In this document: piece after piece, positions 13,866 to 26,146 of the stretch | Position numbering within the stretch: the first letter of the stretch is position 1 | How the letters are laid out: every line of letters starts with the position of its first letter | Assembly (NCBI GenBank): GCA_020891255.1 | Contig: BQFW01000013.1 | Coordinates: 496,001 to 560,000, forward strand | Length of the DNA stretch: 64,000 nucleotides | Direction of reading: 5' to 3' | Source: Entomortierella parvispora E1425 | Lineage: Eukaryota; Fungi; Mortierellomycota | Notes under the pieces: model-generated | Databases searched by the model: none | What the model was told of the DNA's origin: nothing | The model's input: the letters and a program-made list of their open reading frames with translations, nothing else | Translations under genes and position numbers: made by a program

Positions 13866-15488
13866 CTAATATCGTCCTGTAAACTTGGCCGAAGTTCCAT
13901 AAGGCATAATGTACTTTGGCAGTCTGGCGTGCTGACGTCCTGTCGAGGCATGATGAACTTGTTGAGAACTGCTTCTTTGAGCATCCTCGTCCTTCAGTCG
14001 GCGCTCATGTTTGACTCTGTCCTCCTCTTTCACTTTTCGCTCTTTGATCAGTTCGTGGGTCACATAATCGCGACGTCTTTGCTCTTGAAGCTGCCGAAAT
14101 CTGATATCCTCTTGCTGACTTTTCTCCTGTGAGACACCACTATAAGATCCAGCAATGTATTTCGAAGAGTCCTCAGTAGCAGTGTGTTGCTGGTTCGTCA
14201 CGGTGTGAGAGCTCGAATAACCTCCAACTACCTGGTCAACACGAACACCCAAGCATGGGGTTGCTTTAACGGCCAGCCGCTCCTGAGAATATGACGGAAA
14301 TTGCAAAGGATTCGAGCTCTCCTCGCGGTAAATGCTCCTTTGAGTATATTGGTGGAACTGGTCCTTGAAGGTAGAGTCGCTTGCCAATGAAGCGTGTTCC
14401 TCGGTTCTGACCACGGCGGGATCGTCTATAAACTCAAAACCATCGGATGCCAAAGTTGGTGTGTGCAAGACATCGTTGACTGCAAGACTTGTTTCGCCTT
14501 GCCTCTCCTTATCTGCCCCTCTGCTCATGGTCAGATCACTGCGAACCAAAGGTAATAAGCGTCGACCATCGAAAGACAAGTTTGGGTTGATTTGGGGCAT
14601 GCGCATTCCAAGGTACAAGCTGCGTACATTTGGAAGCTCTCGAAGAGTTGCTGGTCGGCTGTATCCAAGTTGATTGGGCATGGTCCATGGACCAACAAAA
14701 AGTCGAGTCCCTGAAAGAAGACCCGAGAGCCGCTGTGATGGCGCAGCTCTGTGGGCAATCATCTGGTGATCATCCTGCGACCTTAAGCTGAAACTCCGAG
14801 GGAGGTTTCCATATGCACTTGTCTTTCCTTGCTCCTTATCCCGTTTCGTGGCACCAGAAGTGGCGGTCAAGGCTGTAGCATGTTGATAAGCACCCCTCAT
14901 TATCCCTGCATCAGATTGGCCTTTTTTTCGGTCGGGCACGGTTGTGTCCCTGACCACTGCGTTCTTGCTCGGAACTCGACAGGGGCCATCATCCTCCTCC
15001 TCCTCGAGGTCATCCTCGTTGGCAAGCTTGCTTTTGATTCGCCGCCTTTTGTTTTCCTTTCTTCGCTTACGGGCCCTCTTTCGCTTACGGACCTTTTCTT
15101 CCGATTTTAGGCGTCCTTCTTCCGCATCCTGATCTCGGTTGTGGTCTTGGCCAACCTTTGTTATCAATAAAATGCGAGAATTTAGGTTAATATGGTTGGA
15201 ATAAAAGCGGGATTTGTATTTTGACCAAAAACAGAGTCAGGAAGGGGTTCGTCTTGCCTGGATGGCAGTTGTAGGGACAACCGCAGGACTTGGCAACGAA
15301 ATGGTGGAAGCACTCGGAAAGGATGACCACTTGAGTCCATGGCTGTGAGTGCTGGAGGCATCCCCTTCAGTGATAGAAGATGCCACGGATTTTTCTTCCT
15401 TGTGGGCTAGGTCAGATTCTGAGAAGCGAATGTGGATTCTTCTACTGCCTTTGAAAAAAGTTGTACTTTTCACGAGTGTATTGGGCAT
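13866..15488 (-). CDS. Hypothetical, largely disordered, charged protein (Lys/Arg-rich NLS-like tract, acidic patch, C-terminal coiled coil)
   Basis: Exon 1 MPNTLVKST.. (15488-15258) joins ORF 13866-15155 in frame through a putative GC-AG intron 15156-15257. No domain recognised. Confidence 0.6.
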
Positions 15489-15708
15489 GATTGGAAGCAG
15501 GGTGGACGAGAAAGAAAAGAAAAGTGAAAAATCAAAGAAAGCGCGAGAAAGATGACCAACAGCTTCAGCAATCAAGAGCTAAAATCAGTCGGTTGAAATT
15601 CAGAGATGCATTTGTGTGCGCCTGGAAACGAAGGGAAGATATTTTTTCAGATACAACAGGCAACGCTTGTCGCGTCATTCTTTATTGAAAAGGGTCAATG
15701 GATCATGT

Positions 15709-18249
15709 CTAGACATTGACATTGCTCCTATTGAGACTGGGGCCAGGGGTGCAGAGCTCTTTGGAGTGCAACTGGATGCTATTGTTGTGGACTTTTTTGA
15801 CCATCCTAATTACATCATACAGAACCCAACAGTCAGATTAGTCTCCTTTTCTCCAATTTGCTCGTTTTCACTGATTAAGCCTGACCATTTCACCTACCCT
15901 GAACCGAACCCAGTGCCAAGAAGTACCGCGGCACCCAATGTCGTTTGCCAGAGATTGAGCCCGATCTCTTGTCCATACCAACGCTTGTTTTCCTTGTCCT
16001 CTCCTGACGAGGAGGCTGATCCAGCAGACATTCCTCTCCGATGTCTCTCTTCCAATGCTTGTCGCATCTGTTCACTGTCCAGTGTGTTATCATTCCGAGC
16101 GCCAAGCACGTTCTGGCCTCCTGATATTGAGTTGAACGGGTAGTGTCTCGTGGGCGACTTTGTCGAGTTGGGCGATCCTGACGTCGGCCGAAGGGGAGAT
16201 GAGCCTCGAATTAATCCGCTGGGTCTTAGACCAACTTGCAGTGGAGGACACATGGTGCCAACCATGCCCACCCTTGATACTGACACATGTGAGGCTAATG
16301 AGCGCTGATCTAGCGCCCTAGAGAAGAATCCTTGATGTGGTTCAGGAATGGGACACCTCTTGCGTCTGAGGCGTGAAGGTGTGGATGCTCCTGATGAAGT
16401 CGGTGACGTATGAGCTGAGGATGCAGGCGAGGAGCAAGGTGAGTGGTCGTCTCCTGTGTTGGCTCGACGTTCCCGTGCAGCATGGTCTAGGATAGACTGA
16501 GCCTTGACACTCCATGATACGTATCGTGTAGCCAACAATGACGAAGGCCCCTGCAGAACCTTGTTTGCCACAGAGTCGGGCGGAGTACAAGATGCCTGAG
16601 AATGGGGGGAAAACAAGGGGGTCGTGCTTCCAGAGAAGGGCGGGTCATCACTGTTGAGTGTAGTCGATTCGATCTCGTAGTAATGTTCCGGTGAAGATCT
16701 GCTGTAGGGTGACTCGCTCGTGGAAAGGATCCCCCTGCGGTAAGTTTTCTTCTGTCGACAAGCCTCAGAGTCTGAGGAGGCACTGTCGTAATCCCTTGAG
16801 TTTGGTGTTATTGACCCATGGAAATAGTGCGGTGAAAGGTCGCCCAAGATCGATTCCGGGTTGGAGGGCCGTAGGTGAGGTGATCCAGAGGAAGAGTAAT
16901 ATAGATGGGTTGGCGAGGCGGGAACTAGGGGTGATGAGCGTTGAGAACGCGAGTCGACAGTGTATATTCTTCTAGGGCGATGGTTCCTTTGCCTGAAGCG
17001 AGGTCGAGGTCCAGTCGCCAGTAAAGTTGAGAGACTATAGTTCCATGCAAAGAGAAGACAAGTACCGGTGAGAACAGTGCAGCAATAGCCATGGTAAAAT
17101 GGTCTCATTCCGCGCAACCAGACACACCCCCGGTCAGCAGTCAGGGGCTTGCGCCCAAAGCACAAGGAAGAGGGCATCATGTGTCAACAGAGACCATTTC
17201 TCCTTTGCCCTTATTCGTCCATGTTTTGCGCAAGCGAAGACAAATCTTGGTCGCACAAGCTCATCCCATCGATGGTTCAAGCGCGTGCAGTGTTTCCAGA
17301 GAAGGGTGTTCACATTTGCTTCCCTCGCTACCCCTTGTTTGCATCCCACCCATGACCCTCCTTGCGGTTGCAATGCCAAGGGACGATCCTTATCTGGCCA
17401 GCAGCAAAATAAAACAGACAAAAACAACATCTTGTCGTTGAAAAGAGTGGGTATAGTTGTTGATGATGTGTCTCCTTTGGTGCGTACGTATGATGACTGT
17501 TAGCACAGGTCTGTTTACTGCGCGCCAATTTTCCCTTTTTTTCAAGTCTGCTGACATTTGGATCGAATGATGCTCTTCCCCCCTCATCCTCCCCCTCTTG
17601 AGTCGAGTTGTCCCTTCCCTGTCTCATGCATTTGTCGATATGTTACCTGGCTCGGAGGGCCTCCTCGACTTGCTCCTGTTCTTGTGAAGAGGGAAACGGT
17701 GACGACATGTTGGAGGATGCGGAGGGTAAGTGGCCGGGGTAATCGCCCTTGGCCGCAAATCCAAGGGACCTGCCTTGTTGTTGGTATTGGGTGAGTTGTG
17801 GTTGGTGCTGCTGATGGTGCTGATGGTGATATGGGTAAGGCATAGGGTTGTTCTCATCGTCAAACATCAAGTCATCTTCGCCTTCGATGTCAGAGTACTC
17901 TATCTCAGAGTACTCGTCCGAGACGAGTTCTCTAGCCGACAGTGAAACCCAGGATGCTATCAGAGAGAGAACGACACAGAAAAAAAAGGGAAGAAGGGGG
18001 TGGTGGGAAAGAGGCAGGCATGTGGTTAGACCCAGGATTGCAGACATGGCCACGATAAGAAGGTAGATGATACGGCGACTTGCCATCACCACAGGGCGAA
18101 CCTGTGCCGCTAAGCAGCTGTAGTCGAGGTGAGGAAGTGCTAGAGGAGTGGTAGTCGGCAGTGTCGGGGAAGATGAAGGCTGACGAGGCTCGTGAACGAT
18201 GGGCGCCTCTGGTCGTATTTGTGGACGCGGGTTGTGTGGTGTTGGCCAT
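15709..18249 (-). CDS. Hypothetical Ser-rich tail-anchored protein with N-terminal acidic AIM/LIR-like cluster
   Basis: Exons 18249-18084 (GC donor), 17956-17647 and 17034-15898 join in frame: MANTTQ..CGD/ASWVSL..EEALRA/SLSTLLA..LWQTTLGAAVLLGTGFGSG. It either stops at 15894 or splices (15806-15897) to a last exon ending at 15709. Confidence 0.65.
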
Positions 18250-19166
18250 ATGGGATGAGGGCGAGGAATAAGTCGTGCTATGAGCGCAGTCTGACGGAGG
18301 GAACTGCAAGAGAGGAAGAAGGGAAGAGAGGAATGAAGAGGAAGGGGAGGAAGGAGAGGAAGGAAGCCAGGAAAGGAAGCAGGGAATGAAAAAGGCGAGG
18401 CAGGGAAGTGACAAGGTGAGACGGGGAAGGGAAGAGAAGAGAGACGAGCGAAGATAAAAAAAAGAGGGGAAAAAAGGTTGTGCACCATGTCACCGTCCAT
18501 GCAAAAAAAGGAGCTCTCTCGCCCACAAGACAATCGAGAAATTAAAAAAAAAATATAAAAATGAGGAAAAAGGGTGGGGAACATTCGCTCGCTGGCGATT
18601 GGACGCGCTGCGGGTGTGGCTCGTGGTTCCCTGGATGCCTGTGTGCCTGGTGACCGCCAGTCTGGTCAGTCAGTCTGCTTGCGGGCACACAGGAGGAAGC
18701 CATGTCATTCCCGCGAGTGATTCAGTCAGTCTGGTTGTTGGGGAGCACCCTGAGGGCAGGAGATGGTCCGTGTCTCGAGGGGTGTTTGCTCGCCTGGTAC
18801 ACGGCCACGGAACATTCATTCAAAGGAAAGAGACGCCCCCTCGGTGTGTCTCCATCTGCGCCCATTTATCACACTTGCATCATGTCAAACAAGCGAGACA
18901 GCACACCCAAAGAGCCGGTCTGTCCCACCTTCGCCAGTCTAATTTTGACTTTCAACTTCGCCCTCCTTCTCTCTTTCTCGTCTTCATTCCGCATCACATC
19001 CACAACGGTGCTTCACCACTCCTCCCCTCCTCTCTCTCTTTCTCCCTCCATCACCTCGTGTCAGCTCTTCTGCTCGCGTTTTCTCCCCTCAGCTTCCTTG
19101 ATTCTATCCATCCTCTCTTCTTTGCCCACCCCTATTCATTCGTCTCTTTCACTCGCCTAAATCACC

Positions 19167-22100
19167 ATGCAGGAAATGACCTTTGGCTCACCTTTGAATC
19201 AGGAACATCTGCTCCGACCACAAAATGGACAAAAGATGAAGCTCAAGGAAAAGTTCGTCGAGATCTACGACATGTTTCTTCGGGTATGGTAGATGTGTTC
19301 CAGTGTTTCTAGCACCATTGACCTGTGGACGGGAGTGTGTGTTCTTGTCGCGTCTAGTGCTCAACCCTCACCCTTATTTGTGTATACAGGGCCAGGATCC
19401 AACGCTTGGAAAGGACCCAGACGTCTTTTGGGATGAACTGTTTTTGATAAAGGTATTCGCGTCCAACATCCAGGAAAAAGGCTTGGGACATATTGACAGA
19501 TCGGAGCAAGTGCTCATATAATCCCCCCTTGATATCGCGAGGATAGGTCAATGCGGATTATCTCTCCTCCAGCCTGCGCCGGATCAGTGAGGATGAACTC
19601 CTTGCCATTAAGGATGGTATCAACAGTATTTTTTTGCACGCAGTCCAGACCATGCGCGACCCACTTCCACAAAGAAGACTCCATGCCATGCAGGTAGGTA
19701 GAATTGACGCGGACGCATTTGATGTTTGTTTGACAAGGTACCTTTTACTAAGTGCAGCCCCTATTGTCGATGATAATTGCTTGCAGACGCTCACGATCGT
19801 TCTTGGAGAAGTCTTTCGGAAAGGATTCAACAACTGGAGCTTTGATGTCATTCACCTCTTAGTAAGTACTGGATTGAAAGAAGCTCGGAGATATACTTTG
19901 GTCATTGGCCCCCTAACTTTTTGACAAAAAATTGTAGACTGGATTGTCCCATGCGGATCTAGTATTCAGGACATTGTTGCAGGGACTTTGTGATATTCTG
20001 GATGGCGATGAATCTCGTAAGTTGAGGAATAGGAACCGAGCTATACTCACGGACTTTTCTAATTGTGAGTATTTGAAATAATGGCACAAATAGAAGAGAT
20101 GCAGGTGGTGGCCCTGCGTCTGGCCATTGCTCTTGCCTGTGGCAACGACAATGTCAACAAGAACAGTCTTAATGAGTACTTCATTCAAAAGGACATGTTC
20201 CCCTCATTGATCAAGGCAAGTGATTTTCACGATGCGATCCTCTTTGCGTTAAAGAATGCGAGCATTTTGTTACTAATATGTTGTCTTTGTTTTACGCACT
20301 TCAGTTCTTCACAAAGGTCGACTCGGTTGAAATTGCGTTCGAAACATTGGCTTTGTTGAGTTTGTTGGCAAATTACAACAAATACGAGACAAAGAATCCG
20401 TATCTGGAGCGCTTGGCGGGTTTGACGGATGAGCAAATTCTTAGGAAAATGGTCCTTGTCATAGTCCAAATATTTGACAGGATGAGAAGGTACGTGCCCG
20501 ACCAGTTCAAGTCAAGTGTCAACATGTATGCAATGTAGCGTATCTCTCTAAGCGAATGACTCCTCAACCCTCAACTCTTTAGATCCTATACTGTGGTGAT
20601 GGACGACGATGATCTATCCACCGTCTCAAAGCTTACAGGCGCTTTCTCCTATGTAACAGGCATGCTTTGGAACCCAAAGGGGCAGGACAGTGCTGCCACA
20701 GATGCCGCTTTTGCAACTCTGTATGACGTGAAAGAGTTTGATCCGCACTCATGCATGTTTTTTTTTTCGGACGAACACTGACAATTCTTCTGGATTTACA
20801 GACCAGACAGCAGGGTCCCTGTCTTGCTCGTGCTTTACGACCTTATCAATTCCAACAAGCGTTTTCGACACGTATTCATATCCTTTTCTACTACGGATTC
20901 AGGAAACGATTCTATTTCACTTGAGGCTGGAAAGGACCAAGCGTCTGCAGAAAACAGCGACACAGCTTTGGGATCGTTTTTGTCATTCTCCTCGTACCTA
21001 CTTCAGCACAATCGCACGCAACGATCAGCACCGTATACCCATCTATGCCTTATCATCATGCTCATTCTTGTGGAGGATCCTGCCGTTTACTCGTACCTGT
21101 GTACCATACCGTCTGCACATGATGCGGCTGCTGCTGTAGTACCTCAGATCAACCAAGCGGGATCAATGGCTCAAGTTCGCCTTTGTCGCCAAAGACAGCC
21201 AGTCCTTCCAAAGGCGAAGCAGGCTCGGCCCATGGCGGCTGTCTTGTTGGATGTTATTCTTGGATTCCTGAAGCACAACATGAAGAAAAAAATGCAAATC
21301 GACTGCTTCAGGTGCGTTTATTTGGGTGGAAGATTCAAGCATTGATGAACAATGCGGCTGACCCAGAGTCTATCTTTATTGTTGCATCCAGAATTGCCAT
21401 AGCCATTATTTTTGCAGTTTCCAGTAGGTTCAAGGCCTTGCGAGTCCGATTGCGTAAGTGCCATGACCATGTTACGATGCTGATGTATGTCGTCCGAGAT
21501 CGCATTGCTAAATATTCATCTATTGCTCATAGCCTACCACTGGGTGGAAATATGGACTTCTCTCCAAGGGCTGGTAAAGTTTTTGCAAGCCAATGCAAAG
21601 ACGTTTCAACATTTGCCCGAGGCCCGCGATCTAGTTGCAGAGGTTGTTAGCACGGGCACATCGAGTCAAAGCTTTGATGATAAGATCACTACTAACAACA
21701 ATGACTTGCCTACTCATAGACGATTGACCTTGTCAATTACTTTGTTACTTATGGTGATTTGATCATGCCGGATCCCGCGAGTCTGTACGCTTTGTACTAT
21801 GAGATTGTTCGGTCTGGTATCGAGCCTTACCAGGATTTGACAAAAGAATGTAAGGTCAACCTTTCTAGAAACTACCAAGATACCATGAACTTTAAGATTG
21901 GCCATGTCGCTAATCAACTCTTCTCACTACCAGTTTCGATTACAGTCTACCCAACACTTCCGGCGCCTCTACCGCATCATGACCTCACATCCCGTAATCG
22001 ACTCAACTTGGCTCCTTCTCCTCTGTCCAGCACGATTGACTCTGGACTAGTATCTCCCCCAACAACCTCGCCTCCTTCGTCCCCTTACCCACATTCACTC

Positions 22101-22517
22101 CGATCTCCGTCGCCGGCTCATGGCACTAGCAGCTCTCACCAAAGACCCATTTCGATCGACCTGTCCAACATCAACCAGGTCCATACATTTTTCTTTACTC
22201 ATCTCCTTGCGTGGCGCGATCTGAACCCGACCCGCAGCCTGGGACCAGACCTTGTGTCGACAATTATTAAAAACCACTACCAGGACTTGACTCTAGTGCC
22301 CAACAACCTGGATGCTTTCCTAACAGTGAAGCATGGAAAGCATGCAGGAACAGGGGGCCAAGTGATCAAGAACGACAGCGGTCCACACCCTGCATGGGAT
22401 GGATACACGGAGGTTCCTGGCAAGGTCCCATTCTTCAGGCAGTTGACGCGGTGGGCAGTGATGGACGTACGAGCAGTATCGAGGGCGAATGCATCGAATG
22501 CATCGACTAGGGTTTAG
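19167..22517 (+). CDS. ARMH3: Armadillo-like helical domain protein 3 (C10orf76/DUF1741 family)
   Basis: MKLKEKFVEIYDMFLRGQDP..FWDELFLIKV, FETLALLSLLANYNKYETKNPY, FFDTFLPDPA-like IMPDPASLYALYYEIVR region and YQDLTL match the C10orf76 pattern. About 12 introns, including GC-AG 20216-20304. Confidence 0.85.
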
Positions 22518-22839
22518 CCACTTGATATGGCTTGAAAAGAAGGGCCAAAGATACAAAATGGTGCCAAGAGACAGCGAATAAAATAAAACGAGAATGGCTC
22601 TCAGAACATGCGCTTGGAACTCTTTTTGTTGTATGCTTCCTTCCCTTTCCCTCTCCCTCTCCCTTCCTGTTCTCCCTTCCCTCTCTCTCTCTCTCTCTCT
22701 CCCTCTCTCTCTTTCTCTCCTCATCAAACAAATCCGTCTGTACTGCCTGCCCTCGCCACATCCATTTCCCCGCAGCCGAACTCCTATTTCCGTCATCAAG
22801 CTTCAGTGACTCAGTGACCCGTGGACACAGCCGAGAACA

Positions 22840-24345
22840 ATGCCTTCAGCACGGCATGAACTCCGGAGCCAGGCCAGGGCCATCCCTTTGGTCACCGTCT
22901 CCCTAGCAAACGGACATGTGCGCCAGACCCGCAGGCATAGCAATCAGAGTCGAGGCGCACGCCATGGTCATTCAACAGAGCATTCAGGTGGCGGACCACT
23001 CCAACGACAAGACCTGCCGTCCGACCTGCCTCCTCCCTACGACTCTATCCAATCCTCGTCCTCGTCCTCCAACGGTCAAATCCACACCCCCAACCAAAAC
23101 ACAGAGCTGGTAACTGCCTCCCCAAGTGACGCAGATGTGACCGACGCCGTTCTGCACCTCTCCAGGACCCTGGTTTCGAGCAAAACGAGCCCGCAGCCAA
23201 AGCCCGCCAGCTCGTCCTGGGTCTTCATGATGATTTACAGCTGGACACACACCACCCAGACAGCGACCCGACTCTTTCATATTCTGACAACCAAACCAAG
23301 CAGTTTGCTGAAGGAGCTTCAGGGACAGAACGAACAGGCTCTCCTACAGCAGCAGCAACAACAACAGAAGCGGCAGCGCAAGAGCATCCAGCAACTCACG
23401 GAGGAGGAGGACCGCATGGAGGATGACCCCGACATGGTCAACGGCACCGCCACGGAGATGGTCTCAGTGAGCATGATGAACACGCGAACAGCTGCTGCGA
23501 TGGCTGACACAATCGCCGATACAGAGATGCAGGATGGTTCTGGCAGTCGGGAGGATGGGTCATTTGATGACGGGGACTCTGATCTGCCAAGGACACCAAA
23601 ACGAAGAATCGACCAGTACCGGAACCCGTTTGCGCCATCTGTGGTCGGTATGGATGATCAAGAGGACGACGAGGGCTGGCTTGGCAATGGGGACCTGGAC
23701 GATGGGACGATAAAGTCCAACTCTGTGCGACTGACGGCGACGAACCTGACCCCACAAAGAGCCATGCCCGACTTTGCAAGGCCCTCTTCTCTGGGAATGG
23801 CGATGGACCCTCATCAGTTTGAGACCAGTGACAGAGATACGATCTTTGATGCCCAAAGCAGAAGCAGCCGCAATGGATCCAGACGCAGTCTTTCCCCTCC
23901 CTCCTCAATTTTCAATACTTCAACCGGCGTCACTTTTAGCAGACCTTCTTCCGCAATGTCTAGGTCGTCAGTGGATGCACGGTCACCGCTCTCGACTGTC
24001 ACCACATCTGCAGCAATAATTTCACCCACGCGCTCTTCCGAAACAGCGTCAACATCAACCGCTGCAGCGCTGAATGAGCCCCAGTCCAGGCACAACAAAA
24101 GCACCCTCGAGGACCAACTTTACTCACCGCCAGAATCACCATCCCAGTCCCCACAACCACAACCACGGCAACACCCACAACCGCCTCGACATCACCATTT
24201 TCATCCACCCCCAGACTCTCCGTGGAACGAGGACCAGCATCATGTGACGCCGACCTCGGAAGGACTGAGATCTTCATCAGCATCCATCAGTGTAGCTACC
24301 ACTCACTCCTTCGCACCCTCCTACGTCGAAGAGCTGGTCTCATAG
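22840..24345 (+). CDS. Hypothetical 501-aa single-exon Ser/Pro/Gln-rich protein
   Basis: Long ATG-initiated ORF preceded by a CT-rich promoter-like tract. No recognisable domain. Confidence 0.7.
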   Translation: MPSARHELRSQARAIPLVTVSLANGHVRQTRRHSNQSRGARHGHSTEHSGGGPLQRQDLPSDLPPPYDSIQSSSSSSNGQIHTPNQNTELVTASPSDADVTDAVLHLSRTLVSSKTSPQPKPASSSWVFMMIYSWTHTTQTATRLFHILTTKPSSLLKELQGQNEQALLQQQQQQQKRQRKSIQQLTEEEDRMEDDPDMVNGTATEMVSVSMMNTRTAAAMADTIADTEMQDGSGSREDGSFDDGDSDLPRTPKRRIDQYRNPFAPSVVGMDDQEDDEGWLGNGDLDDGTIKSNSVRLTATNLTPQRAMPDFARPSSLGMAMDPHQFETSDRDTIFDAQSRSSRNGSRRSLSPPSSIFNTSTGVTFSRPSSAMSRSSVDARSPLSTVTTSAAIISPTRSSETASTSTAAALNEPQSRHNKSTLEDQLYSPPESPSQSPQPQPRQHPQPPRHHHFHPPPDSPWNEDQHHVTPTSEGLRSSSASISVATTHSFAPSYVEELVS

Positions 24346-26146
24346 CCCCCCCCCCCAACCTTTGCCTATACCAATATACACATACAAAGCGCTTTTTTCT
24401 CAAAATTGATGTTTTCCTCGCCTTGCATTTAATTGACTCGATCAAGTCATCTGCGGCAGGTTGACTTGTCAGCTCCTTCGGGACCCTCCGCCCTTCACTC
24501 GATAAAACGAGACCCTGCCCTGACGACTTGGCTTCCCTCTTCTCTTCATCAGATAGAATGAGATTACATAGTTGTCAACAATTCCGTTGTCGTTTGAGGC
24601 ATTTTTATGGCTCGCTTCCACAAGATATTTGTTCAAAAATCGGTCGCGTCTATTACATCACCGTCCCATTCAGAATTCTCAACTCGGATGCATATCGGTC
24701 GTTGATCTCATTCGGTATACCCTACACATAACTGAACCCTTTTACAACTTACAAAATTCAAACAGCTATGGCTGTTGAGATTAGTCAAATGAGATGATAT
24801 TGCGAGAACTAGTCATTACTTGAACTCGCCATTATTTGCCAACAGCAAAAGAGTTACGAAGACCCCCAAAGAAGTATGTGCGTCCCCCCCCCCCCCACAC
24901 ACACACACAAAAAAAAGAAAACATAGAATTTCTGTATCATGGTCGAATAGAGTGGAAGTGTTGCAACTTTCATCCAGAGACTGGCTTCTGTTCTAACACA
25001 AGTCATCATTTGACAGAGTCATCTTCGATGACAGGAAGAATTCAGCACGATCCACTCTAGGTAGATTTCGGATTTTATACTTTCATCGAATCTTTGCAAC
25101 AGCCTTGATGAAACAGGATACCAACAAAGCCGAGGCTCCTCTTTTTTTTTTTTTTTTTTTTTTTCCTTGTTTTTCTCCAATGGAACCAGGGCATGTTGGT
25201 AGTGGTAGCGCACCCTGTGGCGCTAACTCCACCGCATTTCGGTATTCGCTTCTAGCATTGTATCCGTATAGAGCTACCAACTGCTTCCTGGGAATAGCAA
25301 CGACTATGATAAGGCCTTTTCTCTCATCGACTAACGAGGGACCGCCGTCCTCTCCTTGCTGTTTCCGATTCATCTCGCGCGTTCTTTGCAACTCGAACTT
25401 GCATCAGTGCCAGAGCTGTGGAAACAATTTTGAAACTCTAGTGAATATCTGCCTTTTTTTTTTTTTTTTTTTTAATTCATTTCAAGTCCTGAAGAGGCGA
25501 TGAGGCAAGATCTTTTAGGCGTAACATCCGGCCAACTACGATAACGCTAACGCTCCACAGCATAGGCTTGGTGCAATATATTTAGTTTGATAGTCTACTT
25601 AGTTCGAAAAGGTCGGGTCAAGCGAACCTACTAATCTTTATTCCTTCGCGTCGGTTGCTCCAGAGTCCACACTTGACAAAGACGAATCGACTTAAAGGTG
25701 GTCTATGATAGTGGAACAGACTTGAGAGAAAAAAAAAAGAGAAACCTAGGACAAGGAGAGGGGCTTTTTTTATTTATCATGAGCAACAAAGTCAGCTTTG
25801 TTTGCACCGAAACCACAACACGCAGTTATATTCCACTCTGCACCTAATGCCCCATTGTCCATCAGCAAAGTTGAATACCATCCAGCTGCTAGAGCACGCA
25901 ATTACTGCAAGATATGGAATCCGCCGCGGATATATTAGGCTATAGCTAGAGTGGGTCGAATAGATAAATGACGCTGCTGGAGGTTCTCCTCGTTCTTGTT
26001 TCTTTTTGTAAGTTGTCTTTATTGTGTTTGCATACTGCATTTCAAGAAATAAAGGGATAAAGGGAGACGGTCATTTTTGTAAAGAACACAACGACCACCA
26101 TCCCAATAGCAAGGAGTTGATTTTCTATCTCTTCTTGTCTTTTTTT

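Noticed and set aside
17957-18086. Apparent two-TM segment MASRRIIYLLIVAMSAILG.. in ORF 17643-18584
   Set aside because: It reads as an intron (GC donor, ctaac branch site, T-rich tract, tag acceptor); the hydrophobicity comes from the pyrimidine tract.
24950-25700. snoRNA C box (ATGATGA on the minus strand near 25010) and RNase P-like motifs near 25605-25695
   Set aside because: No matching D box with terminal stem was found, and the spacing is far too short for RNase P; a covariance search would be needed.
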